Assembly (NCBI GenBank): GCA_004124875.1
Contig: SCKJ01000003.1
Span: 156,654 to 220,653, forward strand
Length of the DNA: 64,000 nucleotides
Source: Fidelibacterota bacterium
Lineage (GTDB): Bacteria > Fidelibacterota > Marinisomatia > SCGC-AAA003-L08 > TS1B11
Direction of reading: 5' to 3'
Shown here: piece after piece, positions 50,020-58,759 of the stretch
Numbering within the stretch: the stretch's first letter is position 1
Layout of the letters: each line of letters begins with the position of its first letter
The notes under the pieces: generated by a model
Told to the model about the DNA's origin: nothing
The model's input: only the letters and a program-made list of their open reading frames with translations
The model's database searches: none
Translations under genes and position numbers: made by a program

Positions 50020-53000
50020 CTAGTCGCTGGTTGCCAGCTGCGCCTGGTCCCGCAGCTCCGCCACGGCCGCCTGCAGCTCCTCAATCTGCTGCTGCTGGGT
50101 CTTGACCGCTTCGATGAGCACAGCCGTGAGCGTGCTGTAGGCGACCGATTTATAGCCGTCGGCGTCAGTGGTGACAATTTCCGGCAGCACCGTCTCCACT
50201 TCCTGGGCAATGACGCCAATTTGGGGGCGGTCACTGAATTTCATATCACTGAATTCGTCCCGGCGCCAATCGTAACGGACGCCGCGCAGGGCCAATACCT
50301 TGTCCAGGGCGTTCTCCAGCGGCCGCACATTTTTCTTATAACGCAGATCGCTTACCTGGGTCCAAAGACTGGTACCACCTGCTGCGCCAGTAACGAACAA
50401 TGCATAGCTGGCGTTGGGAGCGCCGCCCCCTATGGCCACGTCTCCAGCGTTGCCTACTTCCATGTAATAATTGGCGGCGTCCCCGGTGGCGCCATCAGCG
50501 GTCGTATACCAATGAAAAAGGGTGTTGGAGGACGAGCCAACGCCGAACTTGGTAGTGCCGTCCTGACCATATTTAATGGCATCACCCACATCGATCGCTA
50601 TCGTTTTTTGCCAATTGAGTGTTGTCCAAAGAGGGCCGCCGGCCACACGCAGTTTGGCATCCGGGCTTGTCGTGCCGATGCCCACGTCGCCCCCTGTTAC
50701 TATTGTGAGGTCGAACGAATTATCAGTCCCGAGATGCAGGCTGGCCGGCTCTTTGTTAACTAACCGGAACTCATCGTTAAGCAGAGAAAGTGCGCCGCCA
50801 AACGTTCCGCTTGTACCCGTCCCGCTATTCGAAAATATCATGGAAGCAAAGGTGCCGCTATCGTGAATATGCAAGTCCCCAGCTGGAGAGGTCGTCCCGA
50901 TGCCTAGAGTGCCCGAGAAATCCGCGCTACCAGAAACGGATAGTGCGTTGGACGGACTCGCCGTCCCTATCCCCACGCCCCCGGAGGCGCGGATGAGGAA
51001 CTGGTCCTCTCCCGTGGAGGCAAAATCGGTATCGGTGCTGTCGGCCCAGACGAAGCTGCCAACGTGGTTGGCTTTGGCCCGGAAGCCGGCCGCCAAGCTG
51101 GCGAAGCCAGCAGCGGTGTTCAGGCGACCGCCCGGCACGGTGGCATAGATGCCGCTGGCAGTATTGTTCACTCCCCCGCCTACGGATGCGTAGCTGTTGC
51201 TGGCAGTGTTAGCGCTCCCCCCGCCCACAGTGGCGGCAGTCCCACTGGCAATGTTGAGGATACCGCCGGCCACAGTGGCGTACAGCCGGTCACTGGGGGT
51301 TCCAGCGCCGTCCCCGGCCCGGTTGTTCCTTCCGCCACCAACGGTTCCGTAGCTATCTGTCACGCGGTTTGGTTCGACGCTATTTCCGCCGCCGCTAATT
51401 GTGGCGCCCGCCGCGACGTTGGTAACTGAATTGGCGCTGGACCCGCCAATGACATTAATGGTGGAACTAGTACCGGGTTCCAGGCGCAGGGCACGGGCGC
51501 CGTTTACCTTCAGCTCAAGCGCCACGTTGTCTGTTGTGCCCATGAAGTTGGTGCCCGCCGTGGTGCCGCTGTTCCCGGTGAGGGACCAGCCCGCCGAACC
51601 TCCCGGTGCCGCCTGCCAGGTGCCGACACCAGCGGCATCTGTGGTGAGCACATAGCCGCTGGTGGGGCTGGTGGTCAGCTTTAAGCCGGTCATCTGCACG
51701 GTGCCGGTCACGTCCAGTTTCTGGCCCGGGCTGGTTGTCCCTATGCCCACGTTGCCGGTCCCGTCGATCAGCATCCGCATGGCTCCGGCATTGAAGTCGA
51801 ATATGCCGAATTTTCCCTGGCCCTGGGTGGACGCGCCACCCGTCGATACAATGCCGTAGTCCCTGCCTCCGGTGCCAGTATTGGTCAGCCGCAGCCCTAT
51901 GTCGGTGCCACTGCCCTTGATAAGAATATCGTTAATGCCAGAGGCGGTGCCCAGGATTTCCAATCGCGTGCTGGGAACTGCAACCCCAATGCCTACAAAA
52001 TCCGTGCTGTCCGCCAGCCGCACCACCGTGCCATCATCCACCCAGCCGCCGCCGGACCCGCCCGTGGCAGCCGTTGCCTGCACCGAGCCATCAGGGAACT
52101 GGAAGCCCCCCAGGGTGGAATGAATAGTGTCGGCCACCGTAAGGAGCTGGTCGGGGCTGGCTGTCCCGATGCCCACGTTCCCGGACCCTTTGATCACCAT
52201 CCGGTTATTGCTCCCAAGGGTCTGAAAGAGGATATCTGCGTTGAGGTCTGAGATGCTGTTTTGTATCGTCAGGTCCCTCGATGCCCTATCTGCCGAAATC
52301 TTTGCATATTGGCCCTCAAGCATGTAAAATTCGATTCCCGACGCTGCATTGGAAAAGGTGGAAGGATTGTGGATTCGTATCGCGGCAATACCGTTTTGGC
52401 TTTTGGATACTTCCAACGGTGCCCCCGGACTCGTCGTCCCAATGCCCACGTAATTCGTGCTGTCCGCCAGCCGCACCACCGTGCCATCATCCACCCAGCC
52501 GCCGCCGGACCCGCCCGTGGCAGCCGCCGTCTGTACCGAGCCATCAGGGAACTTGAAGCCGCCACTGGTGGACTCCACTGTTCCTGCCACCGTCAGTTTC
52601 TGGCCAGGCGTATCAGTCCCGATGCCCAAGTTGCCGTCGATGGCCAGGTAACTGTTGCCGGACCCGGCAATGTAGGCGTTCCGTCCTGCAGCAGATGCCA
52701 ATGTCTCTTTCCTGACATCGATATAATTGGCGCCGTCACCATCCCACCAGACTTCCATCGATTGCCCGATTCTTAACACATCGTCCGCATAGATAACCGG
52801 GTTATCCCCATGGTCGGCATCAAAGGAGATCGCCTTATTGAGAGCGCCACTCCGGATAACCAGTTTTTTGGCTGGTGTCGATGTCCCGATGCCCACGTTG
52901 CCAACACTATCCACAAACACGGCATCGGTGGGCGTGCCGTCGGCGGCATCCAGCGAATTGCCGCTCGAGCTTAAGTTAGGCAGGTTGGTCAACTGCGAGC

Positions 53001-53595
53001 CGTCTACCGCGGGCAGCTTGGCAGCGGCATCCAGCTGCACAATTTGGTTGGCCGCGGTGCCGGCATCAACGCTGAGCGTTACCGAGCCGCTCGCGCCGCC
53101 ACCCGTCAGACCGGTTCCTGCGGTGACGCCATCGATATCACCCCCGGTATCATCCACTCCATCGGCGAAGCCGGCGGGAATGCCGCTAATTCCGCCCCAG
53201 GGGGCGCTGGTGGCGCTGTCCGCCACAACGGCCCTCAGGGTATAAGGGGTGGCAGTCAATTGGGTGCGCGGGGTCATCTCCGCATCCAACCTCAGCGTGA
53301 TCCCCAACCAGTAAGGCGTATCGAAGGGTAAATCCAGTGGTTCAAATTTACCCAGAATCACGGTAAACAGACCGTTCGACACAGCGACGAACGGGTGTAC
53401 CTCTTCCCACAAATTCGCGCCGGCTGATTCCACGTCGTATAATCTGAAAGTGATGACAAAGGAATCGTCCGGAACTGGGATTCCGCTTGCGTCTTGCAGG
53501 ACACCCTGGTAAGTGATGACCTGGGGGATTTGCGCCGGCGCAGGATTTGACCCAATCAGCAGAAGCCCAATGATGAGTGGCATGCGATTCTTCAT
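50020..53595 (-). CDS. Large secreted tail-fiber-like protein with beta-rich GxGT repeats and C-terminal intramolecular-chaperone (peptidase S74-like) domain
   Basis: Signal peptide MKNRMPLIIGLLLIGSNPAPAQ. Repeated NVGIGTxSP/GLGIGTTSP modules and a near-identical internal duplication (TGGSGGGWVDDGTVVRLADST appears twice; the DNA at ~52.0 and ~52.5 kb is nearly identical). The C-terminus (NVRPLENALDKVLALRGVRYDWRRDE...IGVIAQEVETVLPEIVTTDADGYKSVAYSTLTAVLIEAVKTQQQQIEELQAAV) matches the phage tail-spike/endosialidase chaperone-domain pattern. Confidence 0.7.
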   Translation of the reverse strand: MKNRMPLIIGLLLIGSNPAPAQIPQVITYQGVLQDASGIPVPDDSFVITFRLYDVESAGANLWEEVHPFVAVSNGLFTVILGKFEPLDLPFDTPYWLGITLRLDAEMTPRTQLTATPYTLRAVVADSATSAPWGGISGIPAGFADGVDDTGGDIDGVTAGTGLTGGGASGSVTLSVDAGTAANQIVQLDAAAKLPAVDGSQLTNLPNLSSSGNSLDAADGTPTDAVFVDSVGNVGIGTSTPAKKLVIRSGALNKAISFDADHGDNPVIYADDVLRIGQSMEVWWDGDGANYIDVRKETLASAAGRNAYIAGSGNSYLAIDGNLGIGTDTPGQKLTVAGTVESTSGGFKFPDGSVQTAAATGGSGGGWVDDGTVVRLADSTNYVGIGTTSPGAPLEVSKSQNGIAAIRIHNPSTFSNAASGIEFYMLEGQYAKISADRASRDLTIQNSISDLNADILFQTLGSNNRMVIKGSGNVGIGTASPDQLLTVADTIHSTLGGFQFPDGSVQATAATGGSGGGWVDDGTVVRLADSTDFVGIGVAVPSTRLEILGTASGINDILIKGSGTDIGLRLTNTGTGGRDYGIVSTGGASTQGQGKFGIFDFNAGAMRMLIDGTGNVGIGTTSPGQKLDVTGTVQMTGLKLTTSPTSGYVLTTDAAGVGTWQAAPGGSAGWSLTGNSGTTAGTNFMGTTDNVALELKVNGARALRLEPGTSSTINVIGGSSANSVTNVAAGATISGGGNSVEPNRVTDSYGTVGGGRNNRAGDGAGTPSDRLYATVAGGILNIASGTAATVGGGSANTASNSYASVGGGVNNTASGIYATVPGGRLNTAAGFASLAAGFRAKANHVGSFVWADSTDTDFASTGEDQFLIRASGGVGIGTASPSNALSVSGSADFSGTLGIGTTSPAGDLHIHDSGTFASMIFSNSGTGTSGTFGGALSLLNDEFRLVNKEPASLHLGTDNSFDLTIVTGGDVGIGTTSPDAKLRVAGGPLWTTLNWQKTIAIDVGDAIKYGQDGTTKFGVGSSSNTLFHWYTTADGATGDAANYYMEVGNAGDVAIGGGAPNASYALFVTGAAGGTSLWTQVSDLRYKKNVRPLENALDKVLALRGVRYDWRRDEFSDMKFSDRPQIGVIAQEVETVLPEIVTTDADGYKSVAYSTLTAVLIEAVKTQQQQIEELQAAVAELRDQAQLATSD

Positions 53596-53923
53596 AGACC
53601 GATCTCCAGTTGTGTTACCGAATTTATGCTACTTTGTAATAATGTCCATGGATTAATAGCGCGCCGGCCTTACTACGCCGGCCTGAACAAATGAACCGCC
53701 GTGCGAGCCAAAGGCGGGCTAAATCGAGTCATGCGGGACAAATGCCGGACAGGTAGGCCGGCTTCCGGCTAACGGGGAAACTTGTCAGGCGTCGCGTGGC
53801 GCGGGCTGATCGCACATGCGTAGGCGTCAGCTATTCCTAGGATTACCTGGTCGCTATCGGTTAGTTTTAGATTCAAACAGATCACCATTCTTTTACGGCC
53901 GTAACCCATATCAAGGAGAAGAA

Positions 53924-54490
53924 ATGAGTGACGATAAAAGTATCGATTATGGTCCTTTAAATGATCTTATAGGCGTCTGGAAAGGAGACAAAGGCCTTGA
54001 TGTAGCGCCTGAACCCGATGGGGCTGAAGAGAACCCATATTTTGAAACCATCACCTTCACCGCCATTGGGGACGTAACCAACGCCGAATCGCAAGTCCTG
54101 GTAGCGCTGCATTATCACCAGATTGTCCGGCGAAAATCGAACAATAAGGTCTTTCACAATGAGACGGGTTTTTGGATGTGGGATGCCAGGGACAAAACGA
54201 TTATGCACTCTCTCGCTATTCCTCGAGGAGTATGCGTGATCGCCGGGGGAACTTATACGGGCGCAAAAGACCCCGATGGCAACGTGATGCTAGAGGTCTC
54301 AGCAAGCAGTGCCGACCATGATTGGCATATCATTGAGTCGCCGTTTATGCGGGAAAACGCGCGCACCACTGGTTTCCTGCATAAAATTACAGTCGGCAAC
54401 GGAAAATTGTCTTATTCGGAAACCACCGTCGTGGAAATCTATGGAAAGGTATTTGAACACACCGACCAAAATGATTTGCGACTTCAGTGA
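53924..54490 (+). CDS. Hypothetical beta-barrel protein (nitrobindin/THAP4-like lipocalin fold)
   Basis: Start moved to MSDDKS after the AAGGAGAAGAA RBS. GPLNDLIGVWKGDKG...NPYFETITF resembles the N-terminus of the nitrobindin/DUF1794 family. Weak assignment. Confidence 0.4.
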   Translation: MSDDKSIDYGPLNDLIGVWKGDKGLDVAPEPDGAEENPYFETITFTAIGDVTNAESQVLVALHYHQIVRRKSNNKVFHNETGFWMWDARDKTIMHSLAIPRGVCVIAGGTYTGAKDPDGNVMLEVSASSADHDWHIIESPFMRENARTTGFLHKITVGNGKLSYSETTVVEIYGKVFEHTDQNDLRLQ

Positions 54491-54499
54491 GTTCGGGAA

Positions 54500-55237
54500 A
54501 TGTCGGCTGAGGCCCGGCTTATGATGCGTGCTATCAATCCACCTTTATGCTTTGTCATGCTGGCTCTATGCGCCTGTCGCCAACCGGTGGAGCCAGCGGG
54601 AGCAAAGATTGACTGGACCGCCGAGAACTCCATTGTCGCCTATGGCACCAGCCTGACCGCCGGCATCATCGAGCCCGACAGCAGTTATCCAGCGTTCCTG
54701 GGGGAGAAACTGCTCATTGAGGTGGTGAACCGGGGGAGGATCGGCGCCACCTCAGCCTGGGGTGTGGCCCATATCGATACCGTTTATATCACCAAGCCTG
54801 TGCTGGTGCTCCTGGAGTTTGGCGCCAACGATTTTCTGCAGCAGATCGACATTGACACGGCCGCCAAAAATATCGCCTGGATCATTGAACAGATTCAGGC
54901 CTATGGCGCCGAGGTGGCCCTGCTCAACTTCGCCCATCCCGACATGATTGACAGCACTAACCTCCATTGGGTTTTTCAGGATCTCGTCCCCAACATCGGA
55001 GCTGATCCACAGCCTACAATGATTTCAATCGGTTTTGCATATGATGCCATGATCGACTCCCTGGCCGTGGCCTACGATCTGGAGATTGAAGACTATCTAT
55101 ATGAAGGTATCGCTTGGGACCCGGCCTTCCTGGCATGGGATGGGCTGCACCCCAACGCCGCTGGAAATCGCCTCATGGCCGGCAATGTACTCGACGCCTT
55201 CAAGGAGACTTTTGAGCAGAGCGATATGGTGAAATGA
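54500..55237 (+). CDS. SGNH/GDSL-family hydrolase (lipase/esterase), secreted
   Basis: Block I VAYGTSLTAG (GxSxT), block III GANDF, block V DGLHPN. Confidence 0.7.
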   Translation: MSAEARLMMRAINPPLCFVMLALCACRQPVEPAGAKIDWTAENSIVAYGTSLTAGIIEPDSSYPAFLGEKLLIEVVNRGRIGATSAWGVAHIDTVYITKPVLVLLEFGANDFLQQIDIDTAAKNIAWIIEQIQAYGAEVALLNFAHPDMIDSTNLHWVFQDLVPNIGADPQPTMISIGFAYDAMIDSLAVAYDLEIEDYLYEGIAWDPAFLAWDGLHPNAAGNRLMAGNVLDAFKETFEQSDMVK

Positions 55238-55340
55238 GGGAGGCCACAGGCATCAGCCGGACCGGGAGTGCCCTTCGGCCAGCTCAGGGTGACAGTACAG
55301 GGCAGACCTTTGTAGAACGATGACTTCAGGATTTTATGTA

Positions 55341-57164
55341 ATGCGCAAAGATAATTTTCGAAATATCGCCATCATTGCCCACGTTGATCATGGCAAAACG
55401 ACCCTCGTTGACGGCCTGCTGCGCCAGAGCGGCACCTTTCCGGCCCACCAACAGGTGACCGACCGCGTCATGGATTCCCTGGACCTGGAGAAGGAGCGCG
55501 GCATCACCATTACCGCCAAGAACACGGCTATCCGCTACGGGGAGGTGAAGATCAACATTGTCGATACTCCCGGCCACGCCGATTTCTCGGGCGAAGTGGA
55601 GCGCTCCCTGAATCTGGTCGATGGCGCGTTGCTGCTGGTCGATGCCAGCGAGGGCCCCTTGCCGCAGACTCGTTTCGTGCTCAGAAAGACGCTCGAGAAA
55701 AATCTGCCGGTCATTCTGGTCATCAACAAAATTGATCGCCAGGATGCGCGCATTGATGAAGTGGTCAGCGATGTTTACGACCTGTTCATCGATCTTAATG
55801 CCACCGATGAGCAGATAGAATTCCCCATCATCTACACCAACGCCAGGGCCGGGGAGGCGCATTTCGAGGTGGGCGACGACTCCACCGATCTGACGCCCCT
55901 GTTCACGACCATCTTGGAGAAAATTCCCGGCCCCCTGGCGGATGACAGCCAGCCGCCCCAATTCCTCATCACCAGCCTCGATTACGATCCCTATGTCGGT
56001 CAGGTGGCCATCGGCCGCATGCACAACGGTATCCTGGCCCTGAACCGGTCCTATGCCTTGTGCGGCGCGAAATCGGTGACCCGCAATATCAAGTTTTCGG
56101 CCATCTATACGTTCGAGGGTTTGAAAAAGGTGAAAGTCGACCAGGTGTTTTCAGGGGATATTATTGCCGTCGCAGGTGTTGATAATTTTGCCATAGGCGA
56201 CACCATCACCGATGAGGATGACCCCCAGCCCCTGACCCGCATCGAAGTGGATGAACCGACGCTTTCCATGCTTTTTTACGTAAACAGTTCCCCCACGGCC
56301 GGGCAGGAGGGGCAGTATCTCACTTCGCGGCATATCGGGGAAAGACTGCATAAAGAGATGCTCAGCGACGTGTCGATTCACGTTGCAGAGACTGGCCGGC
56401 CGGATATCTTCGAGGTTAAGGGGCGGGGCGAGCTGCAAATGGCCATTCTGATAGAGACCATGCGACGCGAAGGGTTCGAGTTCATGGTCTCCAAACCGCA
56501 GGTCATTACCCGCGAGGAGGGGGGCCGGTTGCAGGAGCCGATGGAGCGGGTCTACCTTGATATCCCCGAGGACCATGTGGGTGTCGTCACGGAGAAGTTG
56601 TCCAGGCGCAAGGGCCGCATGACCAACCTTGAGAATCATGGTCACGGCCGGGCCATGCTGGAATTCCTGATCCCCTCGCGGGGCCTCATCGGCTTCCGCA
56701 GCCAGTTTATGACCGACACCAAAGGCGCCGGCATCATGAATTCCCTGTTCGACGGCTACGCAGACTGGTTCGGCCCCATCCCCCAACGCTCCAGCGGCGC
56801 CCTGGTGGCCGACCGGGCAGGCAAAGCGACCCCTTATGCCGCCTATGGCATGGCTGACCGCGGGGAGCTCTTTATCGAGACGGGGACCATGGTCTACGCG
56901 GGCATGATCATTGGCGAACGCAACCGTGAGATCGACCTGGATGTGAACATCACCCGCGAGAAAAAATTGACCAACATGCGGGCGGCTTCATCGGATGCCA
57001 CCGTGACCCTGCGGCCACCCAGAGCGCTGTCGTTAGACCAGTCGATCGAATTTATCGCCGAAGATGAACTGCTGGAGGTGACGCCCAAGTCGATCCGTCT
57101 GCGCAAGCGGGAGCTCGACGCCGGCAAGCGCATCTCTGCCCGCCGGAGAGAAAAGAAGGGATGA
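55341..57164 (+). CDS. typA: Ribosome-associated translational GTPase TypA/BipA
   Basis: [25 protein letters not shown] and NKIDR G-motifs; domain order like EF-G/LepA. Start placed at MRKDNFRN. Confidence 0.9.
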   Translation: MRKDNFRNIAIIAHVDHGKTTLVDGLLRQSGTFPAHQQVTDRVMDSLDLEKERGITITAKNTAIRYGEVKINIVDTPGHADFSGEVERSLNLVDGALLLVDASEGPLPQTRFVLRKTLEKNLPVILVINKIDRQDARIDEVVSDVYDLFIDLNATDEQIEFPIIYTNARAGEAHFEVGDDSTDLTPLFTTILEKIPGPLADDSQPPQFLITSLDYDPYVGQVAIGRMHNGILALNRSYALCGAKSVTRNIKFSAIYTFEGLKKVKVDQVFSGDIIAVAGVDNFAIGDTITDEDDPQPLTRIEVDEPTLSMLFYVNSSPTAGQEGQYLTSRHIGERLHKEMLSDVSIHVAETGRPDIFEVKGRGELQMAILIETMRREGFEFMVSKPQVITREEGGRLQEPMERVYLDIPEDHVGVVTEKLSRRKGRMTNLENHGHGRAMLEFLIPSRGLIGFRSQFMTDTKGAGIMNSLFDGYADWFGPIPQRSSGALVADRAGKATPYAAYGMADRGELFIETGTMVYAGMIIGERNREIDLDVNITREKKLTNMRAASSDATVTLRPPRALSLDQSIEFIAEDELLEVTPKSIRLRKRELDAGKRISARRREKKG

Positions 57165-57217
57165 GGGGGGTGCTCCTTCGAGGTCGACCGTATCCAGGGC
57201 ACGGCCAATCCATTATC

Positions 57218-58327
57218 TTAAGGCGTGGGTAACCACACTGGGAAGCTGTCTTCCCTGTAGTAGTTGCTAACGGCCACTTGATTACTTCCATCCGGCGCCA
57301 TTAGAAAAATTTCATAATCCGAACTCATATACCGCCTCGATGAAAATACGATGGCCTCACCCGCGGGTGACCATGAAGGCGATTCATCACGGCGATCTGC
57401 ATTTGTCAATTGAGTCTTTCCCGTGCCATCACGATTCATAATAAAGACTTCCGCGTCTCCATCTTCCCACGAAACATATACAATACGGTTGCCATACGGC
57501 GACCACGCAGGTTGTTCATTACCACCGCGAGGGAATCCAGTATCCCAGTGGTGGGGATTAACTGTATCCGTCAACTGAATAAGTCCACTACCATCAGCGT
57601 TCATGATGAATATTTGGCTTCCATCTTCCCATGCTCTCATGCCCGTAAATAAAATCTGGGAACCGTCCGGTGACCAGATTGGCCGGCCAGCCCTCAATGT
57701 TGAGTCAGTAAGCGGCAACTTGCCAGATCCATCAGAATTCATCACAGATATTCTGCCATCTGAGCAATACGCAATTTGCGCACCATCAGGCGCCCATGCG
57801 GGGCAACTGTTATTCCCCGACGAGGTGAGTGCCTGCAATCCATTCCCTTCAGGATCAATCAACAGTATGTCTTTGTCATCGGTATCCGCAGCCCTGTTTC
57901 GCACGAAGGCAATCTGACTGCCATCAGGCGCCCAAGCAGCTGCGCCACAATACCGCTCACCGGTCGCCAGTAGGAGCAGACTCTGGGTATCCATGTCCAG
58001 AAGATACAATTCATAGTCGTGGCTTTGATCATTCGCTATGAATAATACCTTTGACCCATCTGGAGACGGCACAGGCGGAGCACACCGTACCGGCATATCT
58101 ACCAGTTGCTGTTGGTTACTTCCATCGGCCTCCATCCTGAAGAGACTCCAATCTGATCTATCCGGTGTGCGGCGAGATACGAAAACGATATCCCCTTCGA
58201 TGGGCGGTGGAGTGAATGAACCTGTTGTATGATCGATTTCACAACCGGAAAAGAAGAGACTCAGAATTATTAATCCCGGAAAATATCGGTTCTGGAAGTG
58301 ATTGATATTCATCCCCTTGGGTCTCAT
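57218..58327 (-). CDS. TolB-like periplasmic beta-propeller (PD40 repeat) lipoprotein
   Basis: Lipoprotein-like N-terminus (LSLFFSGCEI) and repeated PD40 motifs (SPDGSKVLF, APDGSQIAF, APDGAQIAY, SPDGSQILF, SPYGNRIVY). Confidence 0.7.
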   Translation of the reverse strand: MRPKGMNINHFQNRYFPGLIILSLFFSGCEIDHTTGSFTPPPIEGDIVFVSRRTPDRSDWSLFRMEADGSNQQQLVDMPVRCAPPVPSPDGSKVLFIANDQSHDYELYLLDMDTQSLLLLATGERYCGAAAWAPDGSQIAFVRNRAADTDDKDILLIDPEGNGLQALTSSGNNSCPAWAPDGAQIAYCSDGRISVMNSDGSGKLPLTDSTLRAGRPIWSPDGSQILFTGMRAWEDGSQIFIMNADGSGLIQLTDTVNPHHWDTGFPRGGNEQPAWSPYGNRIVYVSWEDGDAEVFIMNRDGTGKTQLTNADRRDESPSWSPAGEAIVFSSRRYMSSDYEIFLMAPDGSNQVAVSNYYREDSFPVWLPTP

Positions 58328-58477
58328 TAATAGTATTGATACAGCCTCATGAATAACTTAATCATATTGGATGAATTCCACCATTTAATTTTTCTGAACG
58401 ATCTTTCTATAACCTCAAATGAGTATGCGCTATCAACGCATCGATGATCACGTTTGCAGAAAATTGGATACCATTCA

Positions 58478-58650
58478 GGGCCACCGTGACCCTGCGGCCA
58501 CCGCGAATGCTGTCGCTGGACCAGTCGATCGAATTTATCGCCGAAGATGAACTGCTGGAGGTGACGCCCAAGTTGATCCGTCTGCGCAAGCAGGAGCTCG
58601 ACGCCGGCAAGCGCATCTCTGCCCGCCGGAAAGAGAAAAAGGGGTAGGGG
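58478..58650 (+). pseudogene. Duplicated 3' fragment of typA (last ~57 codons, ~93% nt identity to 56996-57175)
   Basis: [55 protein letters not shown] versus the typA C-terminus [55 protein letters not shown]. The nucleotide alignment runs into the GGGGG(T)AGGGGG tail. Confidence 0.8.
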
Positions 58651-58759
58651 GCAGCGCTCTGGATGATCCCTTCGATCCGCCCGCTGGCGGATCGAAGGGC
58701 AAGCCTTACTTGAGCAGTACCATCTTTCGATTCTGCTACCTGAATGACTCAGGATGATT

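Noticed and set aside
50005-53331. Plus-strand ORFs of 64-252 aa within the giant reverse-strand gene, including two identical peptides (51872-52123, 52457-52651)
   Set aside because: They are antisense artefacts. The duplicated peptide simply reflects the near-identical internal DNA repeat of the real gene.
53816-53923. Upstream extension of the nitrobindin-like ORF (MRRRQLFLGLPGRYRLVLDS…)
   Set aside because: A strong AAGGAGAAGAA RBS precedes the internal ATG at 53924, and the extension overlaps the repeat/att-like region.
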